A stretch of DNA of 62,966 nt, filler included, from 19 parts of 19 records of this genome joined end to end with filler, not necessarily neighbours in it, one strand, 5' to 3'. Positions 22,505 to 36,137 are shown, counted from the whole stretch's first letter. Translations and numbers: made by a program. Notes: generated from the sequence alone by a model not told the origin.

Positions 22505-23485
22505 ATGGCTTTTACACCTTTTCCTCCCCGTCAGCCTACGGCTTCTGCCCGTTTACCGCTGACGCTGATGACGCTTGATGACTGGGCGCTTGCCACCATT
22601 ACTGGCGCGGACAGCGAAAAATATATGCAGGGTCAGGTGACAGCAGATGTCAGCCAGATGGCAGAAGATCAGCACCTGCTCGCCGCCCATTGCGACGCCA
22701 AAGGTAAAATGTGGAGCAATTTACGTCTGTTCCGCGACGGCGATGGCTTTGCATGGATTGAACGGCGCAGCGTGCGTGAACCGCAGCTGACTGAACTGAA
22801 AAAATATGCGGTATTCTCTAAAGTGACCATCGCGCCAGACGACGAGCGTGTGCTGCTTGGTGTTGCCGGTTTTCAGGCGCGCGCCGCGCTGGCAAATCTC
22901 TTTAGCGAACTGCCTTCGAAAGAAAAACAGGTAGTCAAAGAAGGCGCGACCACTTTGCTATGGTTTGAACACCCGGCAGAACGTTTCCTGATCGTAACCG
23001 ATGAAGCTACTGCTAATATGCTGACCGATAAACTGCGCGGTGAAGCGGAACTGAACAATAGCCAACAGTGGCTGGCATTAAACATTGAAGCGGGTTTCCC
23101 GGTGATTGATGCCGCCAACAGCGGGCAGTTTATCCCACAGGCGACCAATCTCCAGGCGCTGGGCGGTATCAGCTTTAAGAAAGGCTGTTATACCGGACAA
23201 GAGATGGTGGCGCGAGCAAAATTCCGTGGTGCCAATAAACGTGCGCTCTGGTTGCTGGCAGGTAGCGCCAGCCGACTGCCGGAAGCTGGTGAAGACTTAG
23301 AGCTGAAAATGGGCGAGAACTGGCGTCGTACCGGTACGGTACTGGCTGCGGTAAAACTGGAAGATGGTCAGGTCGTGGTACAGGTCGTCATGAATAACGA
23401 TATGGAACCGGATAGCATCTTCCGCGTACGCGACGATGCGAATACATTGCATATCGAGCCGCTGCCGTATTCGCTCGAAGAGTAA
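22505..23485 (+). CDS. ygfZ: Folate-binding Fe-S repair / tRNA-modification protein YgfZ
   Basis: KGCYTGQE signature; 326 aa. Confidence 0.97.
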   Translation: MAFTPFPPRQPTASARLPLTLMTLDDWALATITGADSEKYMQGQVTADVSQMAEDQHLLAAHCDAKGKMWSNLRLFRDGDGFAWIERRSVREPQLTELKKYAVFSKVTIAPDDERVLLGVAGFQARAALANLFSELPSKEKQVVKEGATTLLWFEHPAERFLIVTDEATANMLTDKLRGEAELNNSQQWLALNIEAGFPVIDAANSGQFIPQATNLQALGGISFKKGCYTGQEMVARAKFRGANKRALWLLAGSASRLPEAGEDLELKMGENWRRTGTVLAAVKLEDGQVVVQVVMNNDMEPDSIFRVRDDANTLHIEPLPYSLEE

Positions 23486-23490
23486 ATCTC

Positions 23491-23541
23491 TTTATCGCAT
23501 CAGGCATTTATCGCCTGATGCGACGCTGGCGCGTCTTATCA
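23491..23541. repeat. REP element(s)
   Basis: GCCTGATGCGACGCTGGCGCGTCTTATCA plus an inverted partial copy. Confidence 0.85.
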
Positions 23542-23641
23542 NNNNNNNNNNNNNNNNNNNNNNNNNNNNNNNNNNNNNNNNNNNNTTAATTAATTAANNN
23601 NNNNNNNNNNNNNNNNNNNNNNNNNNNNNNNNNNNNNNNNN

Positions 23642-24654
23642 GTTCTTGAAGAGCACCAGGTTGATCTTGTCGCCGATGAAGACAGGGTCGCCTAACAAGG
23701 TCAACAAAAGAACAAACGTCAGCAACGATGGTGGGGGAATGAGAAAAAAGATGCGCGTACCCTCATTACGGGCCTTGGACCCGGGCACGATCTTAAAGTG
23801 ACAGTGTGTGTCAGCATGCGTCAGCACGAACGGGCTGGGGCGTCGTTTGCTGCTGGAGCCGGCTGTTCAACACAAGAGGCACACACGTGAGCAGAGCAGG
23901 CACACTTACATCGCGCACAGCGAACTGTCGTTTCATGTCATAGCACGCGCAATATGGAACGGGTGAAGATTGAGACGAGGACGTACTGCTTCGGTCAAGG
24001 GTCATGAACTGGTGCGACGCCATATCTCGGAGCATGATGGCCTATACAACACACATAAATATAAACAACTACACAACAACGTACACACGCATACACACGC
24101 GCACGCACAGACACGCATACTATGCTCGCACAATAGAATCACATACATAATCTGCGCACATACATCGCCATGCACTCAGAACAGCACTGTGCATACCTGC
24201 CCATAGGTAACACGCTTCGAACGTTCCCGAATTTCCGTATCTATATTCGCTTTGCGCTCTTCTTCCATATCCGCCTCTGCGTTTTCACCACGTCCCCACC
24301 CTATACGCTCACGGTGTTAAACGTGACTCCACTTCGGGACAAGGAGGACATGTCGTACCAATGCCAGTTTATCAAACTTGAGCTTCGGAACAACCTGCCA
24401 CACTTTGTTGTGCACGCTAGCAAGCGGTTTTCTAGCGGTTGTTGCTTTCGCTACAAGTGTAGCGTTACGAATGACAGTGGACGTGCACTCGACGTACTTT
24501 GCTCATGATCCACGACAGGCTCCTGGAATGCGCACACGATATTATCTAAGGAGCAAAGTACTGCATTGGGCTCTCCCGATCCTGCGGCACTCAGCGAGAA
24601 CAGCACTGAATCTCCAAAATGGAGAAACAGGTCCTCTTGCTGGAATCCGCTCAT
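23642..24654 (-). CDS. Inositol 1,4,5-trisphosphate receptor-like channel, N-terminal exons (3' truncated)
   Basis: Spliced: FLHFGDSVLF...VWQVVPKLKF...EEERKANIDTEIRERSKRVTYGQAIMLRDMASHQFMTL...HFKIVPGSKARNEGDPVFIGDKINL, collinear with the IP3R suppressor domain (FLHIGD, YGxxIQL, RxxGDxVxxGDK). One junction near 24300 is out of phase beside a homopolymer run. Confidence 0.78.
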
Positions 24655-24964
24655 TTGCGGCCCTCGAAAGCCGGAAAGCTTTTAAGCACAAGCGTGAATT
24701 CCTGCACGACAGTCCGAAGAGATGATAGCTTTGTGTGCGGCAGCAACTTCACCACACAGTCTGACACCAATCTCCTCCGAGTCCGTCTGACACCTCTTCA
24801 TCAGACAGTCGGACTGCAGCCAGCGTGGCTCAGTGCCAGGCAGCGCGGGAATTTCCGCGCGTACGATCGTTTCTGGTTTTTGGGCTCATTTGTTTTGCTT
24901 TGTTCAAGGAAATACTTAGCCACTTTCTGTGGATACTATTTGTGCAGAGCCGCAGTTCGCGAAG

Positions 24965-25971
24965 ATGCGTGCAGCGTCGTATAAAGTTCAAATCGCAATC
25001 TTGTACCTGTCTACGTTAGTGGAAATCGTTATCAATGGAGTGTTTGGAACGGTTGGAATTAGTCTGGTTGCAGTGATTGCTTTGACCATGTACGAGAAAT
25101 CTTTGCATCCGAACCGCGTTCTCAAGCCTTTTGCAGTGTTCAAATAGCGGCATTATTCTCCAACTTTGTGGTTTGCTATCTTCTGTTGGCACGCACATGG
25201 TTCTTTGAAGCTGGCTTGTTCGGTCTTCTTCTCTCCAAGTTCAAGTGGTTGTTCATCGTTTCGTTGGTGAATTTGATTTTCGTCGGCGGCATGCGCGGTG
25301 CCTTTATTGTACGTCTCCCTGTTGCATACTGTGTGTTTGTGTCCGAAGAGACTATGTATCGCGCGCGGTGCTCTCTCTCTTCCAGTGTGCGTGTGCGTGT
25401 GTTTGTCTGTGTATACCTGCGTGTGTATGCGTGTGCGCAACATGCATGTGCTTGTGTTTTGCGTGTCCGTGTGTTGCTGTGATCGTGGCAGTGTACCTTT
25501 GTGTGCATGCCTTGTGTTGTTGTGCCCTGTTTGCGCTGTTCCACATGGGCTCGTTGTGTTATCTCCGCCGCACGCCTTCTTTTGGAGATGGCTGATTGGG
25601 TGGGATGTGCTAGGTGTTCATGTCGTCATCGAGCTACTCATTGACAACTACATGGAGCAACGCCGTCATTTACATCCTTCTTCCGCTGCAGAAATTATGT
25701 ACGTGGAGGAATACTCTGTGTGTATGTGTGCGTGGCGTTTTGGTCTGGCGGCTGTGCGTATAGCAGCATATATTTGAATGATAATGTTGGGGCGACGGCA
25801 TCCCAGACACCCACCCGATTCCCATTGTCGTCGTGCTCACATACAACAACACCGATTGTAGGGTCCATTGTGTATTATCTCACCATACTCACACTGCTGC
25901 GGCGGATCGGGTCCTCCAAACTGTACCGGCCCACACACGAGGAGGTGGACAGAACACTGCGAGGGCGTTGA
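24965..25971 (+). CDS. TMEM138: TMEM138-like ciliary membrane protein (spliced)
   Basis: TWFFEAGLFGLLLSKFK resembles the TMEM138 core (TFVFQAGLxxLLxxKFK); C-terminal YY...RRIGSSKLY; TG-rich introns. Internal exon boundaries not all resolved. Confidence 0.75.
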
Positions 25972-26828
25972 TGCTGTGTGTGTGCGGTGGTGGTCATGGA
26001 CGGGCTCAACTACAGGGGCCCAGCTGCGTGGCAATGGTTACTGCCACATCACTCGCTGGCTGTCGGCGAAGCGGCCGCGCTCGACCTCCGCAGCAGAGCC
26101 CGTGAATGTAGCTGCAGTCCGTTCCTAACTCACAGCGTAGTGTATGTTGTGCGTACCGCGGTATGTGGAAGAGAGATATGCGCGCCCTCAGCGTTCATGC
26201 TCGCAGCTGCGTTATGACTGTGTCAAACACTGCTGCGAGGCAATGAGATGGAGTGTGCGGGGATTAGTCGTCCCATTCGGACGGCTGCGAGGGGTTGAAG
26301 TCAACCTACAAGACAGTAATCGTTCAGGTGAGATTGCAGTGCGGCGTTCTCAGAGTATGAAGTGGCGGGATATAAACCAGCGAGCACGACATAATATGCA
26401 GCATGCAATGGATGTTACATAAGGCAACATCCCACATATCTTCGCGCATTGCCCGTGAGTCACGCGCACTACTGCAACAACACAGCATTTGAGATGGAGG
26501 GGTCACTTGCGTACCCGCTTGTCGTATACAANNNNNNNNNNNNNNNNNNNNNNNNNNNNNNNNNNNNNNNNNNNNTTAATTAATTAANNNNNNNNNNNNN
26601 NNNNNNNNNNNNNNNNNNNNNNNNNNNNNNNCACACACACACACACCCACATACACACACAGAGCGAGGAACATCATGGGCGCAATCGTATCAGAAGTTC
26701 AAACCACCGACCAGGACTGGTCCTGTAGTGCCGACTCATAGTCACATGCGATTACGTAACAGAAGAAAGCAATTCATTAACAGACGGGCAAAAGCGCAGA
26801 CAACAACACAGCAGTAGCGGGAACGTAC

Positions 26829-28610
26829 GGGCTGATCTGGACCGCTGTGAGCCATATTCGGATAGAAAGATCACGGTTGGCGTCATCAGACCGTTCCTGC
26901 AACGAACACACACAAACACAAATACACGCATGACCAGCCGTTAATGATAGCACAAGCACAATGACTACACATGCACAGAACACACAAAAATAAAATGGTG
27001 TATCTGACAAATCGCGCAAGTATTTCAGCTTAGATGCAACCGAGAACGCACCACAAAACCACCGCAACCATCACGGGGCACACTCATTCATACTGAAAGG
27101 AACCAGCACCACACACCAACACGCATCACCCGGTATGTTCGCTTCGCATACAATACACACATGAACACATATGCTGTCTAAGCGAAGAAACACATGACGT
27201 ACCGAGGCGCTGAGACCCAAGAGTTCGAGTGCGAGCAAAATGCGCTCCGGTTGTTGGAGTTCGTCTTGCAAGTGTGCAGACATGTTCAAACACTCACCGA
27301 TCAATTGCTACACACACACGAGGATTCTCGTTCATGAGCGGAGCAACGTGGCAAAACACAAAGACTCAACGTACACATTCAGAGACGGAAAAACACAGAG
27401 CACACACTGACCTGGGAACAATTACTTCAGAATCTATGTGTACCTCTACGGAGAGAGGGCGAGCCGGGGCGGCGTGATCTGTACTGAAAAGGCGTTCCTG
27501 CGCTTGAATGATGTACAGAGGGCCGTTGAAATCTACGCGCTCACAACAACAGAGAACGTTAAAAGTAAGACAGAGCAAGAAAGATACACACATACGACGG
27601 ATAGATATATGTATGTGACGCAGCACGCGCACAGTGCAGCCACCAATGCTCCCAATTCACCAACGAAACAAACGCAAACAGCTTGGCCGCAGATCTAACC
27701 CTCGCAACTCCGCATGTACACGCACATACACACACACAAACAATCGTCTGATCATACCACTCAGCTGGGCAGCGTCTCCACCACTTGCAATAGCGGCAAG
27801 CTTCCCAATACTAAACAGCGTCTTCTTGCGTGCGACCACCGTGTCCTCTGCCTGTGCCAGCCGCTTAAGCGTGTGGGAGGCAGAACTGAAGTGGGCCGGC
27901 GTAGAGGTGAAATTACCCACCGCAATATCGTGAATCCTGACAAAACAGACAAACGAGCGCGGTGTTAGAGGAAGGAGCAGAGATACGAAACAAGAAACAG
28001 TATAGCTGCTGTAGTGAGAGGAGCGGGGACTCTACACTATATACGGCACGTTGATAACGCGTTGAAGTGCAGTTTAGGTCCACGGCGCACCAATGGCAAA
28101 CACTCAGATGCAGTTCCTATCTATATATGCGAGCGTACCATGCAAGGTCCGGGTGATTCTGCAGAAAACGCGACAAGAAATCCCACAGAGCCTGTGGCAG
28201 GGAGAGCAGCTTCGCACGCAGCCCTGTAGACGAACAGCGTCAGCAGATAACGAAACGCGTGCACAGATGAAGAGGACAGCACGCACACGAATCAGCTTGC
28301 AAACAAGTAAAGTGTCCATTCGAAAGTGCAGCAGCCAACACAACACCACACTGGCAAGCGCTTGCAGAGACCCGACTGATGATAGCAAAGCACACATTCA
28401 CACAGAACAAAACACAAACACATATCACACAAACACAAACATAAAACACAAAGATGACACCACGAAACGTAAGAAAACATACCGTTCTTGAGATACCACC
28501 GAAACGCCGCGTCCGCGAACTCATCTCCATAGGCGCCAATATATCGTTGCAATGCCGTCGGATCCCCAGATTGTTCGCACAGCATGGTCAGCGTATCGTA
28601 ATCACGGTAC
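26829..28610 (-). CDS. NUP133: Nucleoporin Nup133, internal exons of the C-terminal region (boundaries approximate)
   Basis: YRDYDTLTMLCEQSGD...LQRY...FADAAFRWYLKNGLRAKLLS...LSRFLQNHPDLAWIHDI...ASHTLKRLAQAE...RKKTLFSIGKLAAIAS, collinear with metazoan Nup133. Confidence 0.88.
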
Positions 28611-28895
28611 CTACACAGAGGGACATATATCACAAATCATCGGAAGTGAGACTCAAACGATGAGGTGTGCAAGGGGTTGGGAAGAACAATCTGAAAACCA
28701 TCGAATAAAACATGAGGATGGATGTACACAAAGGAAAGCGGGTCCTACGCCGCCACACTACACTAAGACACACACACACACAAACACACACACACNNNNN
28801 NNNNNNNNNNNNNNNNNNNNNNNNNNNNNNNNNNNNNNNTTAATTAATTAANNNNNNNNNNNNNNNNNNNNNNNNNNNNNNNNNNNNNNNNNNNN

Positions 28896-29139
<244 letters not shown>

Positions 29140-29157
29140 GTCGGGATTCCTGTTTTT

Positions 29158-29173
29158 ATACGTCTGGATGTCT
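29158..29173. promoter_or_regulatory. Two tandem MET boxes (MetJ operator) upstream of metC
   Basis: ATACGTCT-GGATGTCT versus consensus AGACGTCT. Confidence 0.8.
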
Positions 29174-29308
29174 AAACTAGCATGAATATTCGCGGGCGCA
29201 TCCTGAAGAATTGGCATAAAGCAGAAAATTTTCGCAAATGGCGTGCTGGTGACTTTTTTACTGCGTAAACGCAAGGAAAAGAAAGCAAAGGTACGGCAGT
29301 ATGCAAAT

Positions 29309-29327
29309 AGTAATGAGAACGACTATC
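29309..29327 (+). promoter_or_regulatory. Fur box upstream of exbB
   Basis: AGTAATGAGAACGACTATC versus GATAATGATAATCATTATC. Confidence 0.7.
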
Positions 29328-29390
29328 AATTCGACGTCGTTTTGATATTATTATGCGCAGATTTTGTGACTTGCGTCCTGGAGATACACA

Positions 29391-30125
29391 GTGGGTAATA
29401 ATTTAATGCAGACGGACCTTTCCGTCTGGGGTATGTATCAGCACGCCGATATTGTCGTTAAGTGCGTGATGATTGGGCTTATTTTGGCCTCCGTAGTCAC
29501 CTGGGCAATCTTCTTCAGTAAGAGCGTAGAGTTCTTCAATCAGAAGCGTCGCCTTAAGCGCGAGCAGCAACTGCTGGCTGAAGCGCGTTCCTTAAACCAG
29601 GCCAACGATATCGCCGCTGATTTTGGTAGCAAAAGCTTAAGCCTGCATTTGCTCAATGAAGCGCAGAATGAGCTGGAACTGTCAGAAGGCAGCGACGATA
29701 ACGAAGGTATTAAAGAACGTACCAGCTTCCGTCTGGAGCGTCGGGTCGCCGCAGTGGGTCGTCAAATGGGCCGCGGTAACGGCTATCTGGCAACCATCGG
29801 CGCGATTTCTCCGTTCGTTGGTCTGTTTGGTACGGTCTGGGGCATCATGAACAGCTTTATTGGTATCGCGCAAACGCAGACCACTAACCTGGCAGTCGTT
29901 GCGCCGGGTATCGCAGAAGCTCTGTTAGCAACGGCAATCGGCCTCGTGGCAGCGATTCCTGCGGTCGTTATCTATAACGTATTTGCACGCCAGATTGGCG
30001 GCTTTAAAGCGATGCTGGGTGATGTTGCAGCGCAGGTATTGTTGCTGCAAAGCCGTGACCTGGATCTGGAAGCCAGCGCCGCTGCGCATCCGGTTCGTGT
30101 CGCACAAAAATTACGCGCAGGATAA
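29391..30125 (+). CDS. exbB: TonB system protein ExbB
   Basis: SPFVGLFGTVWGIM, VAPGIAEALLATA; GTG start; 244 aa. Confidence 0.98.
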   Translation: MGNNLMQTDLSVWGMYQHADIVVKCVMIGLILASVVTWAIFFSKSVEFFNQKRRLKREQQLLAEARSLNQANDIAADFGSKSLSLHLLNEAQNELELSEGSDDNEGIKERTSFRLERRVAAVGRQMGRGNGYLATIGAISPFVGLFGTVWGIMNSFIGIAQTQTTNLAVVAPGIAEALLATAIGLVAAIPAVVIYNVFARQIGGFKAMLGDVAAQVLLLQSRDLDLEASAAAHPVRVAQKLRAG

Positions 30126-30131
30126 TATCCG

Positions 30132-30557
30132 ATGGCAATGCATCTTAACGAAAACCTCGACGATAACGGCGAAATGCATGATATCAACGTGACGCCGTTT
30201 ATCGACGTGATGTTGGTTCTGCTGATTATCTTTATGGTGGCGGCACCGTTAGCGACGGTAGATGTGAAGGTGAACTTGCCTGCTTCTACCAGCACGCCGC
30301 AGCCGCGCCCGGAAAAACCGGTTTATCTGTCGGTGAAGGCAGACAACTCGATGTTTATCGGTAACGATCCGGTCACCGATGAAACAATGATTACGGCGTT
30401 GAATGCGTTAACCGAAGGCAAGAAAGACACCACCATCTTCTTCCGAGCGGACAAAACCGTCGATTACGAGACGTTGATGAAGGTAATGGATACGCTGCAT
30501 CAGGCGGGTTACCTGAAGATAGGTCTGGTCGGCGAAGAAACCGCCAAAGCGAAGTAA
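30132..30557 (+). CDS. exbD: TonB system protein ExbD
   Basis: INVTPFIDVMLVLLIIFMV; 141 aa. Confidence 0.98.
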   Translation: MAMHLNENLDDNGEMHDINVTPFIDVMLVLLIIFMVAAPLATVDVKVNLPASTSTPQPRPEKPVYLSVKADNSMFIGNDPVTDETMITALNALTEGKKDTTIFFRADKTVDYETLMKVMDTLHQAGYLKIGLVGEETAKAK

Positions 30558-30565
30558 AGTAGAAT

Positions 30566-30663
30566 TGCCTGATGCGCTACGCTCATCAGGCCTACAAAAT
30601 CTATTGCAACATGTTGAATCTTCATGCGTTTGTAGGCGGATAAGGCGTTTTCGCCACATCAGG
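30566..30663. repeat. REP pair (BIME-like)
   Basis: GCCTGATGCGCTACGCTCATCAGGCCTAC and inverted GTAGGCGGATAAGGCG... Confidence 0.85.
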
Positions 30664-30683
30664 TAAGAGTGAATTCACAATGA

Positions 30684-30718
30684 TGCCCGGTTGCTTTTCA
30701 CAACCGGGCATTTTTTTA
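30684..30718. terminator. Intrinsic terminator between exbD and yghA
   Basis: TGCCCGGTTG...CAACCGGGCA followed by a T run. Confidence 0.8.
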
Positions 30719-30950
30719 ACCTAAATGCTCGCCGCCGCACACGCCGTGCACTTCTGCGGTGACGTAGCTCGACTCCTGACTTGCCAGATAAACATATACA
30801 GGGGCCAGTTCCGCCGGTTGCCCCGCACGTTTCATCGGCGTTTGCTGACCAAACTGCGGGATCTTATCCTGCGTTTGTCCGCCGGAAATTTGCAGTGCTG
30901 TCCAGATCGGGCCTGGCGCGACAATATTCACCCGAATACCTTTCTTCGCG
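30716..30950 (-). CDS. yghA: SDR oxidoreductase YghA, C-terminal fragment
   Basis: [10 protein letters not shown]...[12 protein letters not shown]...SSYVT. Confidence 0.92.
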
Positions 30951-31050
30951 NNNNNNNNNNNNNNNNNNNNNNNNNNNNNNNNNNNNNNNNNNNNTTAATT
31001 AATTAANNNNNNNNNNNNNNNNNNNNNNNNNNNNNNNNNNNNNNNNNNNN

Positions 31051-31736
31051 ATGCGCTGGAGATGCAGCATATTCTCGGGGCGCTATCGCTGGATGCGTAT
31101 TTGATTACCGGCAACGGAACGCGCGTGCATTCTCTGGAAGGTGAACTTTTACATCGTGATGATTTACCTGCGGATGTCGCGGAGCTGGTGCTGTATCAGC
31201 AATGGGATACCCGAGCCAGCATGCATATCTTCAATGACGACGGTTGGTTTACCGGGAAAGAGATCCCTGCGTTGTTGCAGGCATTTGTCTATAGCGGTTT
31301 TCGTTATCAGATAATCGATGTCAAAAAAATGCCACTCGGCAGCGTCACCAAGATCTGCTTCTGTGGCGATCACGACGATCTTACACGCTTGCAGATCCAG
31401 CTATACGAAGCATTAGGCGAGCGTGCACATTTGTGTTTTTCCGCCACGGATTGCCTCGAAGTGCTGCCGGTGGGCTGCAATAAAGGCGCTGCATTGACGG
31501 TGCTGACCCAACATTTAGGTTTATCGTTGCGCGATTGCATGGCCTTTGGTGATGCGATGAACGATCGCGAAATGTTAGTCAGCGTCGGTAGCGGATTTAT
31601 TATGGGCAATGCGATGCCGCAACTGCGCGCGGAGCTCCCGCATTTACCGGTGATTGGACATTGCCGAAATCAGGCTGTCTCTCACTATTTGACGCACTGG
31701 CTGGACTATCCACATCTACCTTATTCCCCCGAATAA
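31051..31736 (+). CDS. cof: HMP-PP phosphatase Cof (HAD family), 5' truncated
   Basis: [18 protein letters not shown] motifs; upstream of decR. Confidence 0.94.
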
Positions 31737-31752
31737 CGAGATCCCTTCCAGC

Positions 31753-31777
31753 ACCGGGCAATTGCCCGGTTTTTTTT
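31753..31777 (+). terminator. Intrinsic terminator after cof
   Basis: ACCGGGCAATTGCCCGGT followed by a T run. Confidence 0.8.
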
Positions 31778-31888
31778 GCGTTGAATTTGTCATTTTGTGC
31801 CGTGGTGTTTAAACCGCACAGAATAAATTGTCGTGATTTCACCTTTAAAATAAAATTAAAAGAGAAAAAAATTCTCTGTGGAAGGGCT

Positions 31889-32347
31889 ATGTTAGATAAA
31901 ATTGACCGTAAGCTGCTGGCCTTACTGCAGCAGGATTGCACCCTCTCTTTGCAGGCACTGGCTGAAGCCGTTAATCTGACAACCACCCCTTGCTGGAAGC
32001 GCCTGAAACGGCTGGAGGACGACGGTATCCTTATCGGCAAAGTCGCCCTGCTGGATCCGGAAAAAATAGGCCTCGGCCTGACCGCTTTTGTGCTGATAAA
32101 AACGCAACATCACAGCAGCGAATGGTATTGCCGCTTTGTCACGGTGGTTACCGAAATGCCAGAAGTGCTGGGGTTCTGGCGCATGGCTGGTGAATACGAT
32201 TATCTGATGCGCGTCCAGGTTGCCGACATGAAACGCTACGACGAGTTTTATAAGCGTCTGGTAAACAGCGTGCCGGGGCTGTCGGACGTCACTTCCAGCT
32301 TCGCGATGGAACAGATTAAATACACCACTTCTTTACCCATCGAATAA
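31889..32347 (+). CDS. decR: Lrp/AsnC-family regulator DecR (YbaO)
   Basis: [14 protein letters not shown]...[10 protein letters not shown]; 152 aa. Confidence 0.95.
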
Positions 32348-32376
32348 ATATCCAGAATCAGGTCAGGACACAACGC

Positions 32377-33503
32377 GTGCGATTATTTGCTCAATTAAGC
32401 TGGTATTTCCGTCGGGAATGGCGTCGCTATCTCGGGGCTGTCGCCTTGCTTGTCATTATCGCGATGCTGCAACTGGTTCCGCCAAAAGTGGTTGGTATTG
32501 TTGTCGATGGCGTGACAGAACAACACTTTACTACCGGGCAGATCCTGATGTGGATCGCCACCATGGTGCTGATTGCCGTTGTGGTTTATCTCCTGCGTTA
32601 CGTCTGGCGGGTATTGCTGTTTGGTGCGTCTTATCAACTGGCTGTTGAACTGCGTGAAGATTATTACCGTCAGCTAAGCCGGCAGCATCCTGAGTTTTAC
32701 CTGCGTCATCGCACCGGTGACCTCATGGCTCGTGCGACCAATGACGTCGATCGCGTCGTGTTTGCCGCCGGAGAAGAGGTGCTGACGCTGGTGGATTCAC
32801 TGGTGATGGGCTGCGCTGTGTTGATTATGATGTCTACGCAAATTAGCTGGCAGTTGACCTTATTTTCCCTGTTGCCGATGCCAGTGATGGCGATCATGAT
32901 TAAGCGCAACGGCGATGCTTTGCATGAACGCTTTAAGCTGGCACAGGCGGCGTTTTCCAGTCTTAATGACCGCACCCAGGAAAGCCTCACCAGTATCCGC
33001 ATGATCAAAGCCTTTGGTCTGGAAGATCGCCAGTCGGCGTTATTTGCCGCGGATGCCGAAGATACCGGCAAAAAAACATGCGGGTGGCGCGTATTGATGC
33101 TCGTTTCGACCCGACCATCTATATCGCGATTGGTATGGCGAACTTGCTGGCGATTGGCGGCGGTAGTTGGATGGTGGTGCAGGGCAGTTTAACGCTGGGC
33201 CAGCTCACCAGTTTTATGATGTATTTAGGTCTGATGATTTGGCCAATGCTGGCGCTGGCATGGATGTTTAACATTGTGGAACGTGGTAGTGCTGCGTACA
33301 GCCGTATTCGCGCGATGCTGGCGGAAGCGCCGGTGGTGAACGATGGTAGCGAACCCGTGCCGGAAGGGCGTGGCGAACTGGATGTAAATATTCACCAGTT
33401 CACGTATCCGCAGACTGACCATCCTGCGCTGGAAAACGTCAATTTCGCCCTGAAACCCGGTCAGATGCTGGGTATCTGCGGGCCGACTGGTTCCGGCAAA
33501 AGT
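32377..33503 (+). CDS. mdlA: ABC exporter MdlA, 3' truncated, apparent -1 frameshift in the A run at 33070-33076
   Basis: [15 protein letters not shown]...; continues in the next frame as [12 protein letters not shown]...GPTGSGKS. Confidence 0.95.
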
Positions 33504-33603
33504 NNNNNNNNNNNNNNNNNNNNNNNNNNNNNNNNNNNNNNNNNNNNTTAATTAATTAANNNNNNNNNNNNNNNNNNNNNNNNNNNNNNNNNNNNNNNNN
33601 NNN

Positions 33604-35147
<1,544 letters not shown>

Positions 35148-35194
35148 AGGAAAGAACATTGCCCGGTCAGGATGGCCGGGCAAACAAGGCAGGA

Positions 35195-35509
35195 TTAAAT
35201 CCCTGGCTGCAGAATACGGATATTCATCTCCAGCACGTCACCTTTTACGGCTTCGCTATACGCCTTCATGTGCGGGGTTTGCAGATGCGCTTCAAGATGC
35301 GCGATGCTTTCCCACTGCTCAATCATCACGATAGAATCCGGTGCCATAGACTGGAAACTCACGCCAGCTGCGCAATCCACCATTGGCGCATAGCCGTGGC
35401 AACCTTCTTCTTTCAGTACGGTTGGAACGATTTTAGCAAACTGATCCAATACCGCCTGACGGTGATGTTGACCAGGACGAGTACGGATTTCTGCGATTAC
35501 GGTAAGCAT
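35195..35509 (-). CDS. ygiN: Quinol monooxygenase YgiN
   Basis: MLTVIAEIRTRPG...HLQTPHM; ABM fold; 104 aa. Confidence 0.95.
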   Translation of the reverse strand: MLTVIAEIRTRPGQHHRQAVLDQFAKIVPTVLKEEGCHGYAPMVDCAAGVSFQSMAPDSIVMIEQWESIAHLEAHLQTPHMKAYSEAVKGDVLEMNIRILQPGI

Positions 35510-35539
35510 GGTTAACTCCTTCTAAAGCCTGAGCTCTAG

Positions 35540-36114
35540 TTAACCAAAAATTTCCACAAGATGCTTGCGATATTCTTCAGTATAGCGGGGAACATCAGGC
35601 ATTTTTATCACGTCATTAGCGATAAATGTCGGCAGCGGTTCCATACCGAGGAATTGGTTTGCTTTATGGAACGGCAGATACACACCGTCAACGCCAACGC
35701 CGTGGAAGAACTGATCTTTTTCGGTGAAGGCTTCCATTGGTGCGTTCCAGGTCAGAGAAAGCATATATTTTTTGCCCTGTACCAGGCCGCCGGAACCGTA
35801 TTTTTTCGACGGATCTTTGCGGGTACGACCATCGCTGGCATACAGCGTCCCGTGACCTTCGGTGAATACATCATCAATGTATTTTTTCACTGTCCACGGC
35901 GCGCCCATCCACCAGCCTGGCATCTGCCAGATCACCACATCAGCCCAGAGAAAGTTTTGTACTTCCGCTTTGACATCGTAGTCGCTGTCGGCGCGAACGA
36001 TGCGGACATCATGCCCAAGGTCGCGCAGTGTGCCATCCGCGACTTCGGTCAGGGTGTCGTTCAGTTGACCATTGGAGTGGGCGAATTTTTTCGCGCCGTT
36101 GATAATCAGGATGT
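35540..36114 (-). CDS. mdaB: NADPH:quinone oxidoreductase MdaB (first codons replaced by linker)
   Basis: ILIINGAKKFAHSNGQLN...QMPGWWMGAPW...YRKHLVEIFG. Confidence 0.95.
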
Positions 36115-36137
36115 CGTAATAACTTCGTATAGCATAC
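36115..36137 (+). other. Untrimmed 454 Titanium paired-end linker (partial loxP)
   Basis: CGTAATAACTTCGTATAGCATAC contains the loxP arm ATAACTTCGTATA and the spacer start GCATAC, preceded by CGTA as in the linker; lies at a contig end. Confidence 0.9.

Noticed and set aside
25153-25777. Overlapping His/Thr- or Cys/Val-rich ORFs
   Set aside because: Products of (CA)/(TG) repeats in TMEM138 introns.
25972-26531. Short ORFs downstream of TMEM138
   Set aside because: No consistent exon structure or motif; probably UTR or intergenic sequence.
36115-36137. Phage P1 or engineered Cre-lox site
   Set aside because: Partial, at a contig end, with flanking bases matching the 454 paired-end linker; no P1 or vector genes nearby.
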